64,000 nt of DNA from Alphaproteobacteria bacterium (GTDB taxonomy: Bacteria > Pseudomonadota > Alphaproteobacteria > RF32 > CAG-239), in assembly GCA_045577985.1 (NCBI GenBank), contig JAZNJJ010000023.1:1986-65985 (forward strand). Direction: 5' to 3'. The notes under the pieces were generated by a model that saw only the letters and a list, made by a program, of their open reading frames with translations, searched no databases and was not told the origin of the DNA. Made by a program: the position numbers and the translations under genes. Positions within the stretch are counted from its first letter, which is position 1, and the number at the start of each line of letters is the position of its first letter. Positions 42,678-51,916 of this stretch are shown one piece after another.

Positions 42678-45600
42678 TTACCAAATTTCGTCATACCTCA
42701 AACTTGGATCATTTAAACGCTCCAGATAACCGTCAGCATTTTCTTTGACATAAGAGGTTGAAACATTGTTCATATTATCATATTGATCAATATATTTTCT
42801 AGCAACATCATTATTATAACTTTCCGGATAAATACCCGTTCTATCAAAGTAGCAATAAGTTGAAGCAAATCCCTCGAGACTTTTACGTTTAACAGGGAAT
42901 ACATTCCAATACATTACATCAGTTGTACTCTTTTTATATTCAGGAGCTTTTAATTTATCATTATCCTTTCCATTTATGTTTTCTACTACATCTTTATATC
43001 TATCTGACGGATACAAGAAACCCATCAATACAGCCCAACCAGAAACATATCCACCAGAGATATTACCACTAAGAGTATCTTCAAGAGATGTAGGTTGTCC
43101 TACAATTACGGGAACTTGAGCTGTTTTTAACCATGTACTTTGTTGGAAAACAAACGGTCGTAATGTTTTATCGGTTGCTGTTGAGAATACATAAGCCGGA
43201 CCGCTTACGTTTACTGTATTTCCATCTTCATCCTTACTTTGATAATCTATTTGAGCACTCAAACCTTCTATATTAGAAACAGATAATTTAGTATTATTTA
43301 ATTTTGTTGTACTTGCAGTAGTCTCATCTGTTACTGTCATAGATACACTATTCTCTCCTGCAGGTTTTATATTAACTGTGCTGTATTCAGGCAATTTTGC
43401 ACTATCTTTTAATAATGTACCTAATGTACCATCAGCTGGAGCCATATATCCTTCATCTACATAATAACTATTTTGGTGATTAGATGATGGATTACTGGTA
43501 TTATTTTGTGATAGTGAACCGGCTTGAGCCATTTGGAAATTAGATGGAGTTACTGTCAGCACACGCATATATCCCGGTGGACATTGTGGTGCAGGCACTA
43601 TACCGGTATATGGAGATCCCCAAGAAGTGACTGTTGACAGCTCGTCATCTTTATAGACCAAATCTGCATCCGATTTACCACCTACATTTGCAGTTAGAAC
43701 ACCTTTATCAACTGTTGCATCTGTTATCTTGAATTCTGTAATTATATCTTTTTTAGAGTTATTGACAATGTATATACCCTTATTGATGAAATCCGGTAAA
43801 ATATCACTTAAACGGGCTCCACCGCGAGTAGTTAGCTTGATATCATGCATAACTGATGTATAAGCAGGGTTAACCATATATGTATCATATCGGTTAGTTT
43901 TATCGCTAGCATTGTACGTTGAATATTCGCCATTTTGGAGAAGGTCTGGAACTTTATAGGCTTCTGCTCCATCATAATTGTTATTAGCAACAAAACGGCT
44001 TGCTTTGATTATTCCGTCATTTGCGCTATTTTCGTCTGAATAATCCCCCATTACTTCAAGAGCACCTTTACGGACATATACTGTTCCTCCCTTCAATTCG
44101 TCATGAACTGTATTTATAGAAGCAGTGTCATCACCACTAGCGGTTACCGGTATTGTCTGATCTACGACAAAAACACTCCCTTCAGAATTTGCTCCGGAAT
44201 TTGTTACAATATTGACACCGGCACCCGGATCATACTTACCTACAGACATATGTTTTGTATAAACACGTGTATCACCAACAAGTTCACCTTCATTGGTAAA
44301 TATTATGTCTCCATGAAATGCAGCATCATATCCCTTAACAGTAATAGTTTCTCCTTCTTCTTCACCTTCTGTTGTTTTATCATAAAGTAAACTATCATTA
44401 TAATTCTCGGAATACTTTTCTTCCTTATAATCATTACCACGAATAGCAAATATGCTACGAACATTATTATCTTTATCTCTTCGCATTATTTTGAAATTTG
44501 AATCGAGCAAATCAACATTTCCTCCGTCAACAATAGTTCTATAGTTTACGGCAAAATCCTTATCTGCAAGCTTATTTAAGCCGGAAATTTTTAATTCATT
44601 ATTGACTATTTGGGTTTCGATTAAATCATTGCGGATTGAAATTTCTCCTGAATGAACACTTTCTGCCCCCGGTATACCATGGGCGTCTAACACAATGGAA
44701 CTGGCTCCGGCGAAAATTTCACCTTCGTATTGACTATTATCGCCAATACGATTTTCTCTATCACGTAATAATAACTGTGTTTGGTGATTCGTAGTTAAAC
44801 GATTATTAGCATCTGTTGGGGAAATACCAACATCTGTTGCCTTACCACGACGAAGAGCTATAACATTATTGTTTACTTTAACTTGATTACCTATTTCTTC
44901 TTCTGTATGATCGGTATCTTCAATATTTACACCATTGGCATCAACTTTAAGCCATTGATATTGATCATCAACATGTGTTGAACCAACACTTAAAGTAGAA
45001 GTGCGAAGTCTGTTGGTATCAATTTGTGATGCAGATAATAATGCCTCAACCTGCATATTGGAACCAACTTTAATAGGAAATTCTTGTTCAACATTATATT
45101 GAACCTCTTCAATTGCATTTGATGTAGGTATTTCGTTTCCTTCCTCATCAACTTCGCCACTCATCACTTTGACACCACTATATATCTCGCGTCCTAAAAT
45201 TAAACGAGATTTATCTGTATCGGTTCCCTTGGCGTATGCTACAAACATATTTGGATCTAATAAACTTAACTGAGCTCCTCTATCTGAATTAGTTTTTGCC
45301 CTAATCACGTAAGCATTGTCAAACTCTGAGGTCAATTCACTATCATAATAACCTATTTTAATATCGCCGGCATCAAAAAACTCTGTAGCAAGGTTAAGAT
45401 TACCGGTATTTTTAATATCTCCATCAGGGTTAACCTCAAATCTATAGCCTTCAGCTTCTTGTTGATACCCATATCCCATCAGGTTCATACCGGCAAAGAA
45501 ATTTGACCATCCGGCACGAAGAGCACCACCAATATAAGCACTGTGAGAACCTCCTTCTGTCATAGCTTCGTTACCATTTAAGTACAATCCATAATTTCTA

Positions 45601-46412
45601 TCTTGACCGTCAGGTATCTTTTCAACACCGACAATTAAACTTTTAATATTACGAATACTGTATACAGAGCCTTTACCTTCTTTAGCTTCTTTTGGATCAT
45701 AATCATCAAATCCGCCCATATAAATATCCGTACGCATGGTGTTTTCCCATTCTTGACCAGGGGCATATACACGACTTAAGTATTTATAGTTCTCTGTTTC
45801 ACTTGCTCCACCTCCTTCAGTTATGGTTTCAGAAGATGCCGTAACGATTGAATACTGATGAGCACCCGTTCCTTCTGCACCAAAAACCGTATTGTATTGG
45901 TTATTATCTAAAGACCAAATACCACCAATACCTCGAGCTGTATTTTCGCCATTTACATAACCACCATTTGCCCCAATTAATGATGCAATCTTAGCTGTTC
46001 TTTCTTGGCCAATACCCTGCTCTGCATCTGCTTCAGCAGGAAATAAGACAAATGTTGTTAAATTGTTTCCATTTTTATGAACTTTAATAACTGGAGTACC
46101 ATAATTATATAGTGCCTTATCAACATTAAAATTATATGGCAGAAAAAGTTTAAGTTGTGTAGCTTCAACAGTAGCTACAGGATTAGCGCTTTCAAGGAGA
46201 GTTTTATAGTTTGATGCAACATATGAATCCGCAGCATTCATAATGGTACGAACCGTTGTTGCGGTATTAATATCCTCAACTTCCATTGTTCGTTCTGCAG
46301 ATTTTTTATACATGGTAGGTGTTACTACCGCTATAAGACCAAGCATAGCAAGGGCTTCAATCATTAAGCCACCCTTTTCTGCTATAGATTTTCTTAAATT
46401 ATATTTTTTCAT
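42678..46412 (-). CDS. Giant protein of 1244 aa with a type IV prepilin-like N-terminus. It may be a pilus-associated adhesin or tip protein.
   Basis: MKKYNLRKSIAEKG|GLMIEALAMLGLIAVVTPTMY.. has a basic leader ending in Gly, Glu at +5, and a hydrophobic helix. The xxMIExL core is the same as in the two small pilin-like genes. AAGGAGA RBS. The remaining about 1200 aa is G/N/T/D/Y-rich and predicted extracellular, with two Cys near the C-terminus. Confidence 0.7.
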   Translation of the reverse strand: MKKYNLRKSIAEKGGLMIEALAMLGLIAVVTPTMYKKSAERTMEVEDINTATTVRTIMNAADSYVASNYKTLLESANPVATVEATQLKLFLPYNFNVDKALYNYGTPVIKVHKNGNNLTTFVLFPAEADAEQGIGQERTAKIASLIGANGGYVNGENTARGIGGIWSLDNNQYNTVFGAEGTGAHQYSIVTASSETITEGGGASETENYKYLSRVYAPGQEWENTMRTDIYMGGFDDYDPKEAKEGKGSVYSIRNIKSLIVGVEKIPDGQDRNYGLYLNGNEAMTEGGSHSAYIGGALRAGWSNFFAGMNLMGYGYQQEAEGYRFEVNPDGDIKNTGNLNLATEFFDAGDIKIGYYDSELTSEFDNAYVIRAKTNSDRGAQLSLLDPNMFVAYAKGTDTDKSRLILGREIYSGVKVMSGEVDEEGNEIPTSNAIEEVQYNVEQEFPIKVGSNMQVEALLSASQIDTNRLRTSTLSVGSTHVDDQYQWLKVDANGVNIEDTDHTEEEIGNQVKVNNNVIALRRGKATDVGISPTDANNRLTTNHQTQLLLRDRENRIGDNSQYEGEIFAGASSIVLDAHGIPGAESVHSGEISIRNDLIETQIVNNELKISGLNKLADKDFAVNYRTIVDGGNVDLLDSNFKIMRRDKDNNVRSIFAIRGNDYKEEKYSENYNDSLLYDKTTEGEEEGETITVKGYDAAFHGDIIFTNEGELVGDTRVYTKHMSVGKYDPGAGVNIVTNSGANSEGSVFVVDQTIPVTASGDDTASINTVHDELKGGTVYVRKGALEVMGDYSDENSANDGIIKASRFVANNNYDGAEAYKVPDLLQNGEYSTYNASDKTNRYDTYMVNPAYTSVMHDIKLTTRGGARLSDILPDFINKGIYIVNNSKKDIITEFKITDATVDKGVLTANVGGKSDADLVYKDDELSTVTSWGSPYTGIVPAPQCPPGYMRVLTVTPSNFQMAQAGSLSQNNTSNPSSNHQNSYYVDEGYMAPADGTLGTLLKDSAKLPEYSTVNIKPAGENSVSMTVTDETTASTTKLNNTKLSVSNIEGLSAQIDYQSKDEDGNTVNVSGPAYVFSTATDKTLRPFVFQQSTWLKTAQVPVIVGQPTSLEDTLSGNISGGYVSGWAVLMGFLYPSDRYKDVVENINGKDNDKLKAPEYKKSTTDVMYWNVFPVKRKSLEGFASTYCYFDRTGIYPESYNNDVARKYIDQYDNMNNVSTSYVKENADGYLERLNDPSLRYDEIW

Positions 46413-46441
46413 CTGCCATCTCCTTTTTAATAATCATAATA

Positions 46442-47176
46442 TTATAGATTATTTTCATACTCATCTCTTATTTCTTCACAATATCTACCAATATCTGATC
46501 TGCGTAATTCAGTATATGCAAAAAAGCAAGGTACGCCTGATAACTTGCACTCTTCATTAAATGTAGTATTTGCCCATATTACAGAATTTGGAATGATTAC
46601 ACCCTCTTTTCTCTTTGTTCCAATACCGACTAGCTTACATGTATCATCCTCGCAATCTGCCCAACCGTATATTGTTCCAAAATCAGAATTCTTTGATAAG
46701 AAATTATTTAGCATTGGAATTGGAGCTATCTCATCTTTCCTAACCCATCTTTCGGGAATTTTTGCAAATGATACACCATAATATCTTCCTGCGGTTGATC
46801 CAATTACAACTGCTTGATCGGTCTCATCAATTTTTTTGTTTAACGGATAAACAAAATGATTAACCTTTAAGACACTTTCATCTATACTGTAACCAATAGG
46901 AAGATTTTGTGCAAATGCAGTATATCCAAAGTCAACATCTGACTGAATAGGACAACCGTCTTCTGTGGTACATAAATCTCGCCAGTTGCCATTACTAGTA
47001 TTATTTACAATTTCACATCTCATGGTACCCGTAAAGGCGCTATGCTCCATCTTAAAACGATTTACGATTATTGAGGTCTTTGCTTCATTAATATAATTTT
47101 CTTTATCTGCACGCGGAGAGATGTTATAGAAGCTAAAAGCTACCATAATAGTTGCTAATAATATCCAAATATACAT
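46442..47176 (-). CDS. Cys-rich protein of 244 aa with an N-terminal hydrophobic anchor, co-transcribed with the giant pilin-like gene
   Basis: MYIWILLATIMVAFSFYNI.. anchor and 9 Cys in the predicted exported part. GGGAGA RBS. It ends 29 nt upstream of the 1244-aa gene. Confidence 0.6.
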   Translation of the reverse strand: MYIWILLATIMVAFSFYNISPRADKENYINEAKTSIIVNRFKMEHSAFTGTMRCEIVNNTSNGNWRDLCTTEDGCPIQSDVDFGYTAFAQNLPIGYSIDESVLKVNHFVYPLNKKIDETDQAVVIGSTAGRYYGVSFAKIPERWVRKDEIAPIPMLNNFLSKNSDFGTIYGWADCEDDTCKLVGIGTKRKEGVIIPNSVIWANTTFNEECKLSGVPCFFAYTELRRSDIGRYCEEIRDEYENNL

Positions 47177-47327
47177 AGCTCATCTCCCAATGAAACCACT
47201 CTAATATGTTTTAATCTATCACAAAAACGCAAAAAATGCCAGCATCAAATGTAGATGTAGCGTAATTTTCACATTTCTGTAACAATTTAGCATATAGGTT
47301 GTAAAAAAAAGATTAAAATTAAATTTT

Positions 47328-47351
47328 AAGCTCCCAAATAGGGAGCTTTTT
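47328..47351. terminator. Hairpin directly after the thioredoxin-like gene
   Basis: aagctccc-aaata-gggagctt. The T run is on the plus-strand side, so minus-strand termination efficiency is uncertain. Confidence 0.45.
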
Positions 47352-47352
47352 G

Positions 47353-47721
47353 TTATTTCTTTAGATAAGGTTTAACGTAGACTTCAAATTGATGTTCGTC
47401 TGCTTTACTCCACCCCATAATATATTTATCACCCATACAGATAAGAGGAGTACCTGCTCTACTGCCGTCTATTTTATATTTGCGTACAGCTTTTTCAAAC
47501 AAACGCATATTTCCTGGCAATTTAACGTCTAAGCTAACAACTTCTAAATCCGGATATTTAGCTTTTATATAACGTGCAGCATCATGACAATGCGGACATG
47601 TATTTTGATAGAAAAAATATATTTCATCAGCACTTAATTGTGTTACATTCTTACCTGAATCACCACAAGCCGACAATAGTGATAAAACACCACAAAATAA
47701 CGATATTAAAAATTTTTTCAT
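47353..47721 (-). CDS. Thioredoxin-fold lipoprotein (CPHC active site)
   Basis: Lipobox LLSAC, FYQNTCPHCHDA (CxxC), and a glutaredoxin/DsbA-like size. Confidence 0.7.
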   Translation of the reverse strand: MKKFLISLFCGVLSLLSACGDSGKNVTQLSADEIYFFYQNTCPHCHDAARYIKAKYPDLEVVSLDVKLPGNMRLFEKAVRKYKIDGSRAGTPLICMGDKYIMGWSKADEHQFEVYVKPYLKK

Positions 47722-47729
47722 ATTTTCAC

Positions 47730-48329
47730 CTACTCAATACAGCAATCAACAGCTTTACGAACAAATTTTTTCATTTTTGCGAGAGCACTTTCATCTCCAG
47801 AGTCAGCAACTTCAACCTTTTCACTCTTTATTTCAGTTTTGTTTAATGCCTCAGTCGCTTTAACGGTTATTTTTTTAACCTCTTCTAATTCAGGTTCAAC
47901 CCACTTGAGATTTTTAGTTTCAACCATGCCCATGTTTAGCCCCCAAAACAGGCAATACATATCATAAGCAGAGTTGAACATTTTGTAAGCTTCTTCATCT
48001 TTTCCTAATGACTGTTGTTTGGTACCAACTTCCATTAAACGCATAGATGTTGCTAATAAATGCTTAGACATACACCAAACTTCTCCCTCATAACTAGGAA
48101 TGATTTTTTGTAAAAGATTTTTACGAGTTTCCCTAATATCTTTAATTAAGTCATAATACGCTGTCTTCCCTGTTTTGGCTCCAGAGAAAACCAAATGTTC
48201 TTCAATAGATATGAGATTCATTATTGCTATACTTAAATCTTGATCTGATGACAAATCTTTAGGATTTACCTTTTTTGTAGCATCTATTCTTTCAACAAAT
48301 TCTTTTACATTTTCAGCTTTTTTCATCAT
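47730..48329 (-). CDS. Hypothetical protein of 200 aa ending in CCIE
   Basis: I moved the start to ATGATG at 48329, which follows GGAG. The gene ends 8 nt upstream of the thioredoxin-like gene. No family is recognised. Confidence 0.55.
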   Translation of the reverse strand: MMKKAENVKEFVERIDATKKVNPKDLSSDQDLSIAIMNLISIEEHLVFSGAKTGKTAYYDLIKDIRETRKNLLQKIIPSYEGEVWCMSKHLLATSMRLMEVGTKQQSLGKDEEAYKMFNSAYDMYCLFWGLNMGMVETKNLKWVEPELEEVKKITVKATEALNKTEIKSEKVEVADSGDESALAKMKKFVRKAVDCCIE

Positions 48330-48465
48330 AATACTCCATAAAAAAATCAGATATTTTAGAGATATTGAGTTTACCGACAATTGTCAAGAAATATATAAGT
48401 TTTATCCTTTCTTATTGATTTTTTCTACACACAAGTATATGCTTTCGAAAAAATGGAGGTCAAAG

Positions 48466-48849
48466 ATGTTTGCATTGTCATCAATATTAACTATCGGAAG
48501 CGGGGTTATGGGGGTAACAGTTTCTTTATTATTGGCTGTTATTCTACTGGCTTTGTGGGCAATGATATTAATGATTTTACATCCATTACACGCCATAATG
48601 TTCGTATTGGCATCACTTATGGAATATGCTTTAATCAGTATATGCGGATTTCATTTATGGATTGATATTTTCGCCTTTTTCGGTTTTTATATTTTTATCT
48701 TTGCTATATACACCCTGCTACTCAGAAAATGGCTACCTCTTCCGAAAAGTGAAATTGAACAGCTAATCAAATTAACTCAACTAAAAAAAGATGAACTCCT
48801 AAGTGATGAAGAATTTAAAGCTGCAAAAAAACGTTTGTTAAAACTCTAA
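48466..48849 (+). CDS. Membrane protein with a C-terminal SHOCT-like domain
   Basis: I moved the start to the ATG at 48466, which follows GGAGG. It has 3-4 TM helices followed by LIKLTQLKKDELLSDEEFKAAKKRLL, the SHOCT pattern. Confidence 0.6.
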   Translation: MFALSSILTIGSGVMGVTVSLLLAVILLALWAMILMILHPLHAIMFVLASLMEYALISICGFHLWIDIFAFFGFYIFIFAIYTLLLRKWLPLPKSEIEQLIKLTQLKKDELLSDEEFKAAKKRLLKL

Positions 48850-49497
48850 CTATTTAATAGAACTTTCTACCCATAATGAATTTATAAACATTTGTTGTTT
48901 ATCTGTTGCAGGTTGACACGATACACTTTCATCTTGCGATGTTAAACACTGAATACCCATATCTGCGGTTTTATATGTTGCAAACTTTGAATAAACATCC
49001 AAAACAAGAGGTATCATTTGTTGCGTTTCAGTGATTGTGTTTGCACAAAACATTGATGAATATGTTATATTTGAAGTATTTTTACGACCGATATTTAATG
49101 TAAAACAAGTCTTATCTTTATCAACTCGGACATTTCCATTGCCTGAAAAATTTAGTGCACGAGCATCTTCTTCAGTTGTAAACAAAGCAGAATCACTTAA
49201 GGTATTAGATAAGCTTATATTCTTATACTCTCCGCTCGGTTTATAAAATGTTTCAACATCAAAAATCGCAATAAAATCAGAATCTTCAGCATTAGTGGCT
49301 GTCATCATTCCTATTTCAGAAAACTTATTACTTAGAGATCTGCGAATCTGTCCGGCGTAATAACTGCGGAGACTACTTCTAAAATATATGCTTTGCCCAT
49401 GCTCATCTCCTAAATTATTATTAATCTTTAGTGTATAAATATCTTGCGTGCATGAACTTAAGATGAATGTAATTATCGCTAAATATACTTTTTTCAT
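48850..49497 (-). CDS. Hypothetical lipoprotein
   Basis: MKKVYLAIITFILSSC is a lipobox. No family is recognised. Confidence 0.6.
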   Translation of the reverse strand: MKKVYLAIITFILSSCTQDIYTLKINNNLGDEHGQSIYFRSSLRSYYAGQIRRSLSNKFSEIGMMTATNAEDSDFIAIFDVETFYKPSGEYKNISLSNTLSDSALFTTEEDARALNFSGNGNVRVDKDKTCFTLNIGRKNTSNITYSSMFCANTITETQQMIPLVLDVYSKFATYKTADMGIQCLTSQDESVSCQPATDKQQMFINSLWVESSIK

Positions 49498-49604
49498 TTT
49501 AATAATCTCCTTTTTTATAAGTTATTACATATATTTTTAATTTTTTATTGATAAAATATAAAATATAGGTATTTTGTAATCCGAAACTGAGAAAAAAAAT
49601 AAAA

Positions 49605-51074
49605 ATGGTTGAAAATAATATAAATATTTTTGCATTAACAGACTCTCATCAAGAAGCGAGAAAGCTTTGCTGTTTGTTCAGCGGAATTGTGGAAAGAGCT
49701 CCCCAAAATGGGAGAAATTCTCTTATTTGTGATTGTGGAGATATTTTTAAGGGAATTTATGAACGTCAGCTATGTGTGGATAGTTATGTTAAATTAAGAG
49801 GATTACTTCCAGAAGCTAAAATTGTTTTAGCAGTCGGAAATAATGATTTCGGATTTAATTTAGAAAATCTAAATTTTTACAAAAAGGCTGTTGATACTTT
49901 CAATAAAGCAAATATTCATGTTGTTTGTGCAAACTTATTTGATACAAATACCGGAAAATACCCTGATTGGGTAGATCCATACATTTTAATTGAAATTAAT
50001 CATAAAAAATTCTTGGTTACGGCATTTTGCATAAATCAGATCCGTCTAAATAAATATGGTCTGAACTTGATTGATATTCCTGAGGCTTTTTTGAAATTAA
50101 AAGAAACAATCAAACATATTGAACCTGATGCACTAGTTGTCTTAAATCATGCTTTGGAACCAAGTAGTAGAGAGCTGATTAAAACTGCTAATCAACATGG
50201 TATAAAAATTGATTTATTAATTGGCGGACATGAACATTCCCCTGTCAATTTTGATGCAAATAATAGAATTTATTATCCGCAAGCCTTTAGCAAAACGATG
50301 CTTTGTTTTAATATGAAATTTGAAAACAAACAGACAAATTTAGAATTTATTGAACAAGTAAATTGTAAAGAAGTGAAGTTAAATCCGGCTTTTGAAAAAG
50401 ATATAATAGAATATGAAGAAAAATCTGGATTGAATATTCCTGTTGCTAAAAGCACTTTGCACTTAGAAAAATTATATTCAGATCCCTGTTCATTAGGTAC
50501 TTTTATTGCAGATATAATGAGAAATGAAGCTAAAACAGATATTGCGCTGATTTCAACAGGTTATACAAGTCATGCTTTGAGGTATGAAAAAGGAAAAACT
50601 TTGACATATTATAATATTGAAAGAGCCTTTTCTGCAGATGTTCCAATACAAACTACAGCTATTCATCCAGAGGAATTAAAAGATATTTTTAATAACGCTC
50701 TAAAATTACGATATATTCATCATTCAGGAAATGTCCGCTTTTTACAGTGTTCACAAAATATTACTATTGTCAGCCGAAAATCTGAAAATGATATGGGTTT
50801 TGTTAAACAAATTTTTATTAATGGAGAACCGCTGTTTGATGAAAATGTTAATGCTCTGCATCCGGATATTTTGATAACTTGCGCAATAGATCCTTTTATT
50901 GGAGCCGGTGAGCAGGGTTTTGATGTTTTCAAACCTCTCTCTAAAGAAACTTTGATGAAAAACAACCATTTGGTAAAGATAAAAGATTTATTTATTAAGA
51001 ATATAAAAGAAGCTGAACAAAAATATATTGAAGGAAGTGAGTATCCTCAATTTAAATTAATTGATGATGATTAA
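49605..51074 (+). CDS. Metallophosphoesterase / 5'-nucleotidase-family protein with no signal peptide
   Basis: TDSHQ, CGDIFKG, GNNDFG, LNHA and GGHEH metallophosphatase motifs, plus a C-terminal 5'-nucleotidase-like domain (LGTFIADIMR..DIALISTG). Confidence 0.8.
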   Translation: MVENNINIFALTDSHQEARKLCCLFSGIVERAPQNGRNSLICDCGDIFKGIYERQLCVDSYVKLRGLLPEAKIVLAVGNNDFGFNLENLNFYKKAVDTFNKANIHVVCANLFDTNTGKYPDWVDPYILIEINHKKFLVTAFCINQIRLNKYGLNLIDIPEAFLKLKETIKHIEPDALVVLNHALEPSSRELIKTANQHGIKIDLLIGGHEHSPVNFDANNRIYYPQAFSKTMLCFNMKFENKQTNLEFIEQVNCKEVKLNPAFEKDIIEYEEKSGLNIPVAKSTLHLEKLYSDPCSLGTFIADIMRNEAKTDIALISTGYTSHALRYEKGKTLTYYNIERAFSADVPIQTTAIHPEELKDIFNNALKLRYIHHSGNVRFLQCSQNITIVSRKSENDMGFVKQIFINGEPLFDENVNALHPDILITCAIDPFIGAGEQGFDVFKPLSKETLMKNNHLVKIKDLFIKNIKEAEQKYIEGSEYPQFKLIDDD

Positions 51075-51082
51075 AATAGGTT

Positions 51083-51916
51083 TTATTTAAATATCGTATT
51101 AAAAGCAATATGTAATCTTTTCCAAAAACCAACCTTCGGTTTTGGCGAGATAACTTCCCAACCACGCTCTTTCATCATATTAAATTGTATTTCTCCAACA
51201 TTTTTGATGAAATGCAGTGTCAACATATTATTTTTATTCATCTTACTTAAAATTCTATTAGCTCGAGAATATCCCTTTTCAGCCCTCTGAGCCAGCAGTT
51301 CACGTGCATTCGACAAATATTTGCTTTCAACAACAGTACGAGGTGTTTCACCCAAAATAACTCCAGACTGCTCAAGCATTTCTTTAGGAATATATAAGCG
51401 GTTATTTAAGGCATCATCCTTGATATCTCGCAATATGTAGGTTATAATTATGGCATTACCTAAACTTTTAGCCAATTCCTCCCTGATAGATGGGCGAGTA
51501 TCGCCAATTATCATTAATGAAAGATAAAAAGGAACAACTGCATATCCATAAATATATTTTTCAAAAACATCATTTTCAGGTGCTTGTATTGGAGATGTAG
51601 CGTTTAAAAGAGCACTATTTAAAATTTCGACCATTAATTCTTTAGGCAAATTAAAACGCATACAATTTTTATATATCTTGCGTCCGATATTGGTTGCAGG
51701 AACTTTTTTATCGTAAATATTATCTAATTCTTCTTGCCATGCAGAAAATAATTCTATCTTCTCTTCATCACTCATCGGAGATTGAATAATATTATCCAAA
51801 TGACGACAAAAAGCAAACAATGTGAAAATAGCTTCTCGTTTAGCTTTCGAGAGACTCCTCATACACCAAAATAATGAAGGTTGAGACTTTCTTACTATTT
51901 TACCAACAGATAACAT
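51083..51916 (-). CDS. Squalene/phytoene synthase-family protein with a degenerate first Asp-rich motif
   Basis: FAFCRHLDNII replaces the usual xFCRxxDDxxD. The second motif is retained as YILRDIKDDALNNRLYIP. Confidence 0.75.
   Translation of the reverse strand: MLSVGKIVRKSQPSLFWCMRSLSKAKREAIFTLFAFCRHLDNIIQSPMSDEEKIELFSAWQEELDNIYDKKVPATNIGRKIYKNCMRFNLPKELMVEILNSALLNATSPIQAPENDVFEKYIYGYAVVPFYLSLMIIGDTRPSIREELAKSLGNAIIITYILRDIKDDALNNRLYIPKEMLEQSGVILGETPRTVVESKYLSNARELLAQRAEKGYSRANRILSKMNKNNMLTLHFIKNVGEIQFNMMKERGWEVISPKPKVGFWKRLHIAFNTIFK

Noticed and set aside
47225-47245. A sigma-54-like element (ctGGCAttttttGCgt on the minus strand) upstream of the operon encoding the 244-aa and 1244-aa proteins. 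Pilin genes are often RpoN-dependent.
   Set aside because: The GG to GC spacing is 8 nt, not the required 10 nt, and the flanking consensus (TGGCAC..TTGCW) is poor. It is probably chance.
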